From an uncultured virus (IMG/VR IMGVR_UViG_3300031963_000055) (lineage: Duplodnaviria; Heunggongvirae; Uroviricota; Caudoviricetes), in IMG/VR virus record IMGVR_UViG_3300031963_000055: a DNA stretch of 64,000 nucleotides. One strand, 5' to 3'. The position numbers were made by a program, and so were the translations under genes. Numbering within the stretch: position 1 is the first letter of the stretch; every line of letters starts with the position of its first letter. Shown here piece after piece: positions 1-8,492 of this stretch. The notes below the pieces were generated by a model that was not told the DNA's origin, did no database searches, and was given only the letters and a program-made list of their open reading frames with translations.

Positions 1-8
1 CGAATATT

Positions 9-176
9 ATGAATAGTGAAAATGTGTCCAACGAAGCCGAAAACCCCGCATTGAATAAGGGTGATGTTAGTGGCAGTCAATTCTGTCCTAATTGCGGTAA
101 AGAACACGATAGCGATGAATGGAATGGATATTGTTCAAAAATATGTTGGTGGGGATTTCCTGTTGATTGCCACTAA
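9..176 (+). CDS. 55-aa zinc-finger-like microprotein (not in ORF track)
   Basis: Manual translation MNSENVSNEAENPALNKGDVSGSQFCPNCGKEHDSDEWNGYCSKICWWGFPVDCH*; CxxC...CxxxC. Confidence 0.6.
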   Translation: MNSENVSNEAENPALNKGDVSGSQFCPNCGKEHDSDEWNGYCSKICWWGFPVDCH

Positions 177-180
177 CGTT
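63..180. repeat. 18-bp imperfect inverted repeat flanking the zinc-finger module
   Basis: GATGTTAGTGGCAGTCAA (63-80) pairs with TTGATTGCCACTAACGTT (163-180); all deviations are G-T. Confidence 0.8.
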
Positions 181-210
181 TTGCAGCTAATAAATCTTAA
201 ATAAACAACT

Positions 211-528
211 ATGAAACAAATTATTATAATAATTATAACATTATTAACATTAAATTCTTGTGATACACCAGGAACTACAACAATGAGATTAACAGGCACT
301 GAAGCAAATTTACCTGAAGAATTAAAAGGATTAAAAATATATAATATTGCTACAGGTAGTGGTAATTATGTTAAAGTAGCAATACTAGATAATAAAGTTA
401 ATTCTACAACTTATAAAATTGGTAAACATGCGAAATCAACAATTATATTAAATACTAAAATAGAACAAGCGTATAAAGTTAGACGTTTAATATCTGAATC
501 AGATAGTATACTTGTATTTTTAAAATAA
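211..528 (+). CDS. Putative lipoprotein
   Basis: Hydrophobic N-terminus ending in lipobox-like LNSC. Confidence 0.6.
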   Translation: MKQIIIIIITLLTLNSCDTPGTTTMRLTGTEANLPEELKGLKIYNIATGSGNYVKVAILDNKVNSTTYKIGKHAKSTIILNTKIEQAYKVRRLISESDSILVFLK

Positions 529-548
529 TCAATAAACAAACAATAAAT

Positions 549-704
549 ATGAAAAGTAAATTTAAACAATTAGAATGCTTAATTGCATGGGCACAATTTT
601 ATTCAAATCATAAAAACTTAGCTATGCCTACTAATCGAGATGAGATAAAATTTAACAAATTACAAAAAGAAATTGAAAAACTTAAAACACAATTAATAGA
701 TTAA
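549..704 (+). CDS. Small hypothetical protein (51 aa, not in ORF track)
   Basis: ATG after A-rich leader; MKSKFKQLECLIAWAQ... Confidence 0.45.
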   Translation: MKSKFKQLECLIAWAQFYSNHKNLAMPTNRDEIKFNKLQKEIEKLKTQLID

Positions 705-819
705 TTATGGCAATTATTATTGAAAAGATAGACATTGATAGAACAGTGTTTAAGAAAACTTCTGAAGAAAAGAAGAAACTTAAAGAATTAAAAAGACTTT
801 ATAAACTAAGAATTAAGTA

Positions 820-1008
820 ATGACACTAGAACGACATATTGAACTAATAACTACAAAGAATATTACATTACTTAACCCAACAATGGAAGAAATGATTTAT
901 TGGAGTCAAAGCAATATATTTGTATTTATTAATCTCAAATGTATTGTTAAAAGTGATAAAATAGATCAAAAGTATAAATTAAGTAAATACAACATTAAAT
1001 TTAAGTAA
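820..1008 (+). CDS. Hypothetical protein
   Basis: ORF track. Confidence 0.45.
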   Translation: MTLERHIELITTKNITLLNPTMEEMIYWSQSNIFVFINLKCIVKSDKIDQKYKLSKYNIKFK

Positions 1009-1209
1009 CTCTAAAGGTTACAACATACACTAGGTGCATCATTACAAATATGAAAAGAGCTTGTATATAGATTTGATAGTTTATAATAGTGAATCTAATA
1101 GTAATAATTAAATAGATACTAGTAATAGTGAAGCTAATTAAAATTGCAAGATTTAATGTGTTGCTTAAAACTCGCAGCTATTATAAATAAAAACCATAAA
1201 TTTAATAAT

Positions 1210-1401
1210 ATGAAAGAAATATTACAAGAAATATTCTATAGGTATATGATGATTATGTGCGCTTTACATTTATTTTCATTTGGTATAATAATAATGCCTT
1301 TTGTAACATATAGCGAAGGACATCCTTATTACGCAATACTTTGTGCAATAATTATATACCCATCAAGTTTTATATTATTAGAAATATTTAAAAAAGAATA
1401 A
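1210..1401 (+). CDS. Small membrane protein (likely start ATG 1210)
   Basis: Two hydrophobic segments; in frame with ORF 1144..1401. Confidence 0.6.
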   Translation: MKEILQEIFYRYMMIMCALHLFSFGIIIMPFVTYSEGHPYYAILCAIIIYPSSFILLEIFKKE

Positions 1402-1402
1402 T

Positions 1403-1714
1403 ATGTCAGTAAAATGTTTATGTATAAACAATAAATTAAGACCTAAAGAAATACTTCCTCAAAATTGGATTAATGAAGGTACAGAATATACAATAAACTA
1501 TGTATATTACCATGTTAATCAAGGAATACAAGGAGTTACTTTAGATGAAGTACAAACTAAATCAGAAATATATTCAAGTTATAGATTAGATAGATTTGCC
1601 TTCACTAAAGAAGGTATTGAACAACTAATTGAATTAATGCAAGATTGTACTGAATTAGGTAAATTAGATATTCAAGAATTAATTGAAGAAAATAATTTAG
1701 AATTAATTGAATAA
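1403..1714 (+). CDS. Hypothetical protein
   Basis: ORF track, tightly packed after upstream gene. Confidence 0.7.
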   Translation: MSVKCLCINNKLRPKEILPQNWINEGTEYTINYVYYHVNQGIQGVTLDEVQTKSEIYSSYRLDRFAFTKEGIEQLIELMQDCTELGKLDIQELIEENNLELIE

Positions 1715-2035
1715 AACATTAAAAACAATATAATTAAACATGGGGTAATTAACCATGACTTTAATAGTGCTGACCCTAAGGAATTATACAATTGGCCAAA
1801 TTTGAGTGATTACTGGGAGGAAATTTATAAATATAGATGATTTGAAAGAAATAACTATATGAAGATAAAAGTACAGAACATAAATCTTATGAAAATTGAT
1901 TATGTAAAGCAGATTATATTGTTTTTATAAAATACTCAGTGTACCCAGAGTTTAAATGGGTGCTATTGGTCTCTGAAGAAAAGGGAACACGGTTAGCTGC
2001 AAGTTAAGCTATGACTGATGGAAAGACATCAAACA

Positions 2036-2153
2036 GTTCAAGTGGTGGAAATGGAAGACATACCGAGGTGTCGGCGAGTAGGACTGGTAATGCAGTTTAA
2101 ACCAATTAGGCCAAGAGGCTACTCATTTGAAGGTTCGATTCCTTCCTTGAACA
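2036..2153 (+). ncRNA. tRNA-like RNA (Leu-type D arm) without canonical anticodon arm, with enlarged central insertion
   Basis: Acceptor stem GTTCAAG/CTTGAAC; D arm TGGTGGAAATGGAAGACAT; T arm GAAGG-TTCGATT-CCTTC; CCGA-GGTG-TCGG hairpin then GAGTAG/CTACTC-closed arm in place of anticodon and variable arms. Confidence 0.75.
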
Positions 2154-2260
2154 CTAATTAAACAAATAAGTTCTGTGAATGGTACAGAATAATTTAGATC
2201 CTCATTACAGAGTTAATGTGTATAAGCTTAGAGTGTTTAATTATCTCTAGACGTCAGAGT

Positions 2261-2291
2261 AAACCACTTAGGAAAGTCCTGAGTGGTTTTT
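2261..2291 (+). terminator. Intrinsic terminator-like hairpin
   Basis: AAACCACTTAGG-AAAGT-CCTGAGTGGTTT followed by T tract. Confidence 0.6.
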
Positions 2292-2309
2292 AATTTAAAA
2301 ACTAATAAA

Positions 2310-2663
2310 ATGGAAGATGAATTTATTACATTTGAAATAGCTAAATTAGCTAAAGAAAAAGGGTTTGTTTTAAAAACAGGAATTAATTATTATAGTGATA
2401 AGGAAAATGATATGGCAATGTCCTATGATTTAAATAATATAAATCATTATCCTTGTGAAACTCAAAGTTTATTACAACGTTGGTTAAGAGAAATACATGG
2501 TTTACACATACATTTATATTTTATTGATCATATATTAGGATATAATTCAATTATTACAAATCTTAAAACTAATACTAAATTATTTAAAAGTAAACCTTTT
2601 ATAAAATACGAACAAGCTTTGGAAGAAGGACTTTATGAAGCACTTAAATTAATTAAAAACTAA
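2310..2663 (+). CDS. Hypothetical phage protein (likely start ATG 2310)
   Basis: ORF track; GTG 2283 lies inside the terminator hairpin; ITFEIAKLAKEKGF...YEQALEEGL pattern. Confidence 0.7.
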   Translation: MEDEFITFEIAKLAKEKGFVLKTGINYYSDKENDMAMSYDLNNINHYPCETQSLLQRWLREIHGLHIHLYFIDHILGYNSIITNLKTNTKLFKSKPFIKYEQALEEGLYEALKLIKN

Positions 2664-2682
2664 TCACTAAAACAAAGAAATT

Positions 2683-3021
2683 ATGAATAAACTACTCGAT
2701 ACATACTGTCGTATGTTATACTTTTGTAAAGGCAAGCCTACAAACTTAAGTACTTTAAGTAACTGGGAATTAAATGGTATATTATTACACATTAATAAAT
2801 ATCCTCAAGGACTTTTAAATGGATATGATAAATCAGAATATATTACAGCAGTTAAGTACATACTTAATGAAAGATTACATTGTAGAGATTATAAACGTAA
2901 TATTATTGAAACTAGATTAGCTAATAAAGCATTAGAAACTAGTAAACAATTAACTGATTTAATATTACAATCAATGATTAATACAGAAAAGAAATCTAGA
3001 AGAAAATTAATACTAACTTAA
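2683..3021 (+). CDS. Hypothetical protein
   Basis: ORF track. Confidence 0.65.
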   Translation: MNKLLDTYCRMLYFCKGKPTNLSTLSNWELNGILLHINKYPQGLLNGYDKSEYITAVKYILNERLHCRDYKRNIIETRLANKALETSKQLTDLILQSMINTEKKSRRKLILT

Positions 3022-3027
3022 ATAATT

Positions 3028-4185
3028 ATGAAAAATAAATTTGAAGTAGGCAAATGGTATAAAGTGAATAATGAATATACTAAGTTTCATTCTTTAGGTT
3101 CTGAAGGCGTGTTTTATGGTGTTGACCATATTTATAATGATAAATACCGAAAATCTATTTATGACAGCCCAACTTATATTTTTAGAAAAGTAGATAACCC
3201 AATTTTATTAACTGATTTATCTGAAATTCAACAATATTTACCAGATGGGCATCCAGATAAATTTGTTAATAAGTCTGAAACTTCTCCATTACCTGAAAAA
3301 TGGTATTTAGAAGTTACTAAAGATAATTTAAGTTATGTTAGTTCTAAAAGAGCTTGGAGTTTTGATATTATAGGATATATTCACTCTTCTTTAAGTCACA
3401 ATATACATAATTATTGGTTTCATAATAATGAACCTTTAAAAGGATATACTGAAATAACTTTAGAACAATTTAAAGAATATGTTGTAAAAGATGTTACAAG
3501 TAAAAAAGTTGAACCTGAAATACCTGAATATGTTGAGTGTATACAAAATGGTAATAATGCTACAATGCACCAAAAGTATTGTGGTGTTGATGTTGTAAAA
3601 GGTACTATTTATAAGGTTACTGAAAAAAGCATGCCTAATAAAGGAGCTCAATCTGAAGCTTATGTACTTGAAGGTGGTGGTGTAGGCTATTGTCTAGGAT
3701 TCAAACCTTCAACTAAAGAAGCTTTTGATGCTCAGAATAAGCCTAAAGAACAATCTATTGAAGAAATATTAGAAATCTGCAAGAAGAAATATCCTATTGA
3801 CACTGAAATTAAATCTGTTTATGGTAAACGTGGTGTTATAACTGGCAATTATCATATATTTGATAGAAATAACATTTTTGCCACTAGTGATAGTAAAGGA
3901 GATTTAATTTTATATCGAGGTTCAACTAAAGAATACGCTGAAATCATTTCATTACCTGAACCTATTAAATACCCTGATTTATCATTTAAAGATTTTGGAG
4001 TTCATATACATAAAGGTAATTATCAAGAATTAGAAAATATAATATGGGAGGGTAATATGACACCTGGTAATCATTTAAATTCTTTTTTTAATACTAAAAG
4101 TAAATCAAATGATTTAGAGTTTCAATATCCTGTAATTAATGTAAGAAATAAAAAGAAAAGTAAATTAATAATCATAAACCAATAA
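3028..4185 (+). CDS. Mosaic multi-module hypothetical protein
   Basis: Module LPEKW...GYTEITLEQFKEYV shared with 7944..8492; module EYVECI...KPSTKEAFDAQ shared with 7670..7951. Confidence 0.75.
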   Translation: MKNKFEVGKWYKVNNEYTKFHSLGSEGVFYGVDHIYNDKYRKSIYDSPTYIFRKVDNPILLTDLSEIQQYLPDGHPDKFVNKSETSPLPEKWYLEVTKDNLSYVSSKRAWSFDIIGYIHSSLSHNIHNYWFHNNEPLKGYTEITLEQFKEYVVKDVTSKKVEPEIPEYVECIQNGNNATMHQKYCGVDVVKGTIYKVTEKSMPNKGAQSEAYVLEGGGVGYCLGFKPSTKEAFDAQNKPKEQSIEEILEICKKKYPIDTEIKSVYGKRGVITGNYHIFDRNNIFATSDSKGDLILYRGSTKEYAEIISLPEPIKYPDLSFKDFGVHIHKGNYQELENIIWEGNMTPGNHLNSFFNTKSKSNDLEFQYPVINVRNKKKSKLIIINQ

Positions 4186-4196
4186 ACAAAAACAAC

Positions 4197-4547
4197 ATGG
4201 AAGTAACAAGTAAATCAGTAAGTAAATTTGTAGCTGCAACAATTGCATTTTTAACAGGAGATTCTGATACTGCAACAGCATTAAAGAATGAGAGATTAGC
4301 TCAAGCTAGTATCAAAGGTCAATTAAGTGCTTTAGAAGGTGCTTTAGTTAATGCTGAAGTAGATGTAGAGAATGCTAAAGAGAATTTAACTAAAGCAATT
4401 TATCCTACAGTATTAATTAGTAATCAACAAGGTTATTATAACAATATAGTTGGTGCTCAATCAAAGTTAGATGATGCTGAAGAAGCTTTAGCAAACATTA
4501 AGAAATCTATTGATTACGCTCAAGCATTGTTAAAAGATAAATTTTAA
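4197..4547 (+). CDS. Helical/coiled-coil hypothetical protein
   Basis: Ala/Leu-rich heptad-like pattern, A-rich leader. Confidence 0.7.
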   Translation: MEVTSKSVSKFVAATIAFLTGDSDTATALKNERLAQASIKGQLSALEGALVNAEVDVENAKENLTKAIYPTVLISNQQGYYNNIVGAQSKLDDAEEALANIKKSIDYAQALLKDKF

Positions 4548-4568
4548 TCTAGGCAATTAAAATAAGTA

Positions 4569-4634
4569 ACACTCATAGCTCAATTGGTTAGAGCACTAGA
4601 TATAGCGATGCAGGTTCGAGTCCTGTTGAGTGTT
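4569..4634 (+). ncRNA. 66-nt tRNA-like RNA with truncated anticodon arm
   Basis: Acceptor ACACTCA/TGAGTGT; D arm GCTC-AATTGGTTA-GAGC; T arm GCAGG-TTCGAGT-CCTGT; only 15 nt between D and T arms, containing CTA-GATA-TAG. Confidence 0.8.
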
Positions 4635-4637
4635 CAA

Positions 4638-4905
4638 AAAGATGTGAGGTAAAGACACCGCTGGATGGGTTGTTGTTAAAGGGCTGAGGAAGTATACACC
4701 TCGTAATCTTTTGATTGTTTGATATGGTATTAAGTGCTGTTGTGGGAAACTGCAATAGAATACCTAAATCACCCATTAAAAGTAAGAAACCTTTCAGGAC
4801 CGAGTCGTAAGTCACAACATCCTAGCTGGGTTCTACAATTGACTAGATGAAGAAGTCCGACCAAAATCGCATGGAACATAGTAAGCGTAGATAACTCACA
4901 TCTTT
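4638..4905 (+). ncRNA. Candidate ~268-nt structured RNA of unknown family
   Basis: 11-bp closing stem AAAGATGTGAG/CTCACATCTTT; nested helices ATGGGT/ACCCAT, GGTATT/AATACC, CTGTTGTGG-GAAA-CTGCAATAG, GAGG/CCTC; visibly raised GC. Confidence 0.65.
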
Positions 4906-4929
4906 AAAATTAACTATTTAACTTAAATT

Positions 4930-5289
4930 ATGAAATTAGAAGATGTTATTGCAGGACAATATTATGCTGCACATTATCCAGGAGGAGAAAATCCTACTAT
5001 TATTAAAGCTACTCACGATAAAAGTTTCAAACAAGCTTCAGGGATATACTATCGCGAATTACAGGATAATTATAATTATTTAAGCAGTAATGCATTTAGT
5101 TGTACTGATAAATTAAGATTAGCAACAGAAAAAGAAATTCATTGGTTAGATCTATCTATAAAAAATAACTATATTGTAGACTATGAAGTAGCTATGGAAT
5201 CATTTGCTAAAGAAAAACCTATTACTTATTCTAATGAACCAGATCCTGAATTAGCAGAAATATTAAAGAAATTATTAAACTTAAACTAA
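4930..5289 (+). CDS. Hypothetical protein with amphipathic C-terminal tail
   Basis: LRLATEKEI motif (compare WRYATPEEV in 7944..8492); tail ELAEILKKLLNLN. Confidence 0.7.
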   Translation: MKLEDVIAGQYYAAHYPGGENPTIIKATHDKSFKQASGIYYRELQDNYNYLSSNAFSCTDKLRLATEKEIHWLDLSIKNNYIVDYEVAMESFAKEKPITYSNEPDPELAEILKKLLNLN

Positions 5290-5297
5290 AAACTATT

Positions 5298-5516
5298 ATG
5301 AAAAAGAAATTAACTAAAAGACAACCTTTATCTGAAGCTATTAGACAACAAGCTAAATTACATGCTAAGTATAAAGAATACTCTTTAAAGACTGAAGAAG
5401 AATTAACTGAAATGTATCCTTTACTTGGTGGAGGTTATCGTGAAGTATGTTTCCAAGTAATTAGAGAGAAACATTTTGCTAAAATGGAACAAGATTTAGA
5501 AGGGGAGGTAAAGTAA
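5298..5516 (+). CDS. Hypothetical protein
   Basis: ORF track; TAATG overlap with next gene. Confidence 0.65.
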   Translation: MKKKLTKRQPLSEAIRQQAKLHAKYKEYSLKTEEELTEMYPLLGGGYREVCFQVIREKHFAKMEQDLEGEVK

Positions 5517-5728
5517 TGATAACTAAAGAAGAAGTAAATCAAATTATTAACAAACCTAAACCATCTTATGAGGATAAAATTAATGTAATTGCTAAATATA
5601 TCTTTGATTTAAAACAAGAAGATATTTCAGTAGTTAAGATTAATCCTCCTCAAAATGATGTAATGGAAGCAATCATGGAGCATATGTTTACCGTGTCATC
5701 AAATTATTATCACCGTGGAGAACATTAA
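5516..5728 (+). CDS. Hypothetical protein
   Basis: ORF track; overlaps both neighbours. Confidence 0.65.
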   Translation: MITKEEVNQIINKPKPSYEDKINVIAKYIFDLKQEDISVVKINPPQNDVMEAIMEHMFTVSSNYYHRGEH

Positions 5729-7646
5729 TGAATTATTAGAAGCCCTACAAACTATAGATAATAAAAAACTATATTTTATAGGTAATACTGAAGTATTTGA
5801 AAGCACTTTATATAAACAAACAACTATTGATGAATGTATTAATTGGTTAAATAGTTTATATGAAGTTAATTTAGATACAGAAACTGAAGGTATGTTCAAT
5901 CATAAAAACAAGATAGTAATGCTTCAATTAAATTGGGGTAATGTTAGTTTTGTTATAGATGTAAGAACAGTAGATATTTCTCCACTAAGAGAGAAACTAG
6001 AAAAAATATTAGTAGTTGGTCAGAATTTAAAATTTGATTATAAATTCCTTAAATTACATGGTATTGAACTAGACAATGTATATGATACTATGTTAGCAGA
6101 ATGTTGTTTAACTAATGGTAAAGAAGATAGAGAATTAAATTTAAAAGCTTTAGCATTAAAATATTGTAATATACATCTAAATAAAGATGTTAGAAATCAA
6201 TTTACAAGTTTAAATGGGCACCCTTTTACAGAAGCTCAAATAGTGTATGGTGTAGGCGATGTTACTTGTTTAACTGAGATTAAAACTAAACAAATAGAAT
6301 TAATTAAAAAGTTAGATTTAGTAGAATGGGTGCAAAATGAAATGAATGCTAGTTTACCATTAGCTGATATAGAGTATAATGGTATGGGATTCAATAAAGA
6401 AGCTTGGTTATACTTAGCTAATAAAGCTGAAGCTAATGTACATAATTATACAGCAGAACTAGATGCATTAACTGTAAGTGAGCCTAAACTAAGTAAGTTT
6501 GTTAAAGCTGAAGTACAAGGTAATTTATTTGCTGAAATAGATGAAAGTTTTTCACATGGGAGAAATGTAAATATCAAATGGTCTAGCCCTACTCAAATGG
6601 ATAAAGTATTCAAAGCTTTAGGATTAGATATCGAAAAGACAGGTGAGAGATTCTTAACTAAGTATCAAAATGATTATCCTTTAGTTAAGAAGTTTATAGA
6701 TTATAAGAAACAAGCTAAGTTAGTTACTACTTATGGTAAGAAGTTTTTAGGGTATGTAAACCCAACAACTCAAAGAATCCATACTAGTTTTTGGCAAATA
6801 TTAGACACCACAAGAGTTTCTTCTGGTGATAAATATTCTCCTAATATGCAAAATATTCCAGCTAAGGTTGAATACAGAAACTGTTTTATACCTAAACCAG
6901 GTTTTAAAATGGTGTCATGTGATTTTAGTGGTCAGGAATTGCGTTTAACAGCATTTGGTAGTAAAGAACCATTATGGGTAGACGCCTTTAATAAAGGTGA
7001 GGATTTACACTCTAATGTAGCCTCCATGGTGTTTAAAGTACCATTAGAAAATGTTAGAGATAAACCAGACTTTCTTAGAGGTAAGTCTTATAGAGATGCT
7101 GCTAAAACTGTTAATTTTGGACTAGTTTATGGTATGTCAAAGTATAAATTAGCTGATACATTATCTATTGAAGTAGATGCTGCTGATATGATTATTAAGA
7201 ATTATTTTAAAGCTACAATACAACTAAATAACTTTTTAGCTGGTTGTAGAGCTTACGGTATGAAATATGGTTATATAAGATGCTTTGCTCCATATAAAAT
7301 CATTAGGTATTTTCCTAAATGGAAACCTGTTAGAGAAGCTATGGAATTTAAAGAAATAGGTAGTATTGAAAGGGCTTCAATGAATACACCTATTCAAAGT
7401 GCAGGAGGTCAGATGACTAAACGTGCTTTAGTAGTGTTAAGAAAGTATATTAAGGATAATAATTTACAAGATAAAGTACAGATTGTAATGACTGTACATG
7501 ACCAAATTGATTGTGAAGTTGAAGAATCATTTGTAAATGAATGGTCTTTAATTCAAAAAGATATTATGGAATCAGCAGGTAGAGAAATTATTACTAATAT
7601 ACCAGTACTATCTGACATTACTATAAGTGACTCGTGGACCAAATAA
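5715..7646 (+). CDS. polA: Family A DNA polymerase with 3'-5' exonuclease domain
   Basis: Exo motifs DTETEG, GQNLKFD, YGVGD; pol motifs DFSGQELR (A), RDAAKTVNFGLVYG (B), VHDQID (C). Confidence 0.95.
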   Translation: MENINELLEALQTIDNKKLYFIGNTEVFESTLYKQTTIDECINWLNSLYEVNLDTETEGMFNHKNKIVMLQLNWGNVSFVIDVRTVDISPLREKLEKILVVGQNLKFDYKFLKLHGIELDNVYDTMLAECCLTNGKEDRELNLKALALKYCNIHLNKDVRNQFTSLNGHPFTEAQIVYGVGDVTCLTEIKTKQIELIKKLDLVEWVQNEMNASLPLADIEYNGMGFNKEAWLYLANKAEANVHNYTAELDALTVSEPKLSKFVKAEVQGNLFAEIDESFSHGRNVNIKWSSPTQMDKVFKALGLDIEKTGERFLTKYQNDYPLVKKFIDYKKQAKLVTTYGKKFLGYVNPTTQRIHTSFWQILDTTRVSSGDKYSPNMQNIPAKVEYRNCFIPKPGFKMVSCDFSGQELRLTAFGSKEPLWVDAFNKGEDLHSNVASMVFKVPLENVRDKPDFLRGKSYRDAAKTVNFGLVYGMSKYKLADTLSIEVDAADMIIKNYFKATIQLNNFLAGCRAYGMKYGYIRCFAPYKIIRYFPKWKPVREAMEFKEIGSIERASMNTPIQSAGGQMTKRALVVLRKYIKDNNLQDKVQIVMTVHDQIDCEVEESFVNEWSLIQKDIMESAGREIITNIPVLSDITISDSWTK

Positions 7647-7669
7647 AAATCAATTAAATTTATTTTAAT

Positions 7670-7951
7670 ATGGGAGAATATGTAAAATGTATTAGTTTAA
7701 AAACTAAACCTGATGGTATAACGTTACCTGGTGTACTTGGTAAAATATATAAAATTAGAGAAGAACATAGTGAATTAGATTGGTATGTAGAAGGTATAGC
7801 TCATTCTGTAGCTAAAACTAGACTTCAACCAGCTACTAAAAAAGAATATGATTTACAACAACAAGGTGTTTATGTAGAAGATGTTTTAGTTGAAGATACC
7901 AGTCATGAAGAAATATTAATTAAACTATTAAAAGATATTAAACATGTTTAG
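7670..7951 (+). CDS. Hypothetical protein of the mosaic family
   Basis: EYVKCI...GKIYKI...PATKKEYDLQ module; tail EEILIKLLKDI. Confidence 0.7.
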   Translation: MGEYVKCISLKTKPDGITLPGVLGKIYKIREEHSELDWYVEGIAHSVAKTRLQPATKKEYDLQQQGVYVEDVLVEDTSHEEILIKLLKDIKHV

Positions 7952-8492
7952 AAAAGATGAATATATTGTATGTTTAAATACACCTGAAAAAGATTGTGAT
8001 TTTCCACCTAATTATATTTACAAACAAAGAAATGATGAAGAGTGTTTAAGTGTTTATTTAGATAATACTGGTGTAGTAAATGGTTGGTCACTAATAATGT
8101 ATAACGGTACAGGTAAGTATTCTGAATGGCGTTATGCAACTCCTGAAGAAGTTGAACATTATGAACTTCTCGGTAAACCTTATGATGTAACTACATTACC
8201 TAAATTTGTATTACCTGAGAAATGGTGTGTTAAAGATACAGCTAGTGAAAAATCTAATGAGTTGTATAAGTATGCTGGTATTCATGGTGCTTTTCCTCCT
8301 TATACACCAGCTGATTACTGTGTGTATTATCATTTTCCAAAACATGATGAATGTACAACATCAGATGTAGTAGAAGAAGGTTACACTGAAATAACTTTAG
8401 CTCAATTTAAAACTTATGTATTAGGCAATGTAATAGTTAAAGAAGATTATAGTTATTTAATTGAATTTTTAACAACTAAAGGAATAAAATAA
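7944..8492 (+). CDS. Hypothetical protein of the mosaic family
   Basis: LPEKWC...GYTEITLAQFKTYV module; tail KEDYSYLIEFLTTKGIK. Confidence 0.75.
   Translation: MFRKDEYIVCLNTPEKDCDFPPNYIYKQRNDEECLSVYLDNTGVVNGWSLIMYNGTGKYSEWRYATPEEVEHYELLGKPYDVTTLPKFVLPEKWCVKDTASEKSNELYKYAGIHGAFPPYTPADYCVYYHFPKHDECTTSDVVEEGYTEITLAQFKTYVLGNVIVKEDYSYLIEFLTTKGIK

Noticed and set aside
1714..1840. Stop-free stretch in frame after the stop of 1403..1714 (possible readthrough)
   Set aside because: Only ~40 codons, TAA stop, no start codon and no supporting signal
2268..2282. AGGAAAGTCC resembling the RNase P RNA signature
   Set aside because: It is the apex of a local terminator-like hairpin; no matching 3' P4 strand found
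4682..4712. CTGAGGA as a hammerhead core
   Set aside because: The following stem is closed by GTAA rather than GAAA, and the other stems cannot be built
4588..4815. Minus-strand 75-aa ORF
   Set aside because: Antisense to the tRNA mimic and structured RNA; against local gene direction
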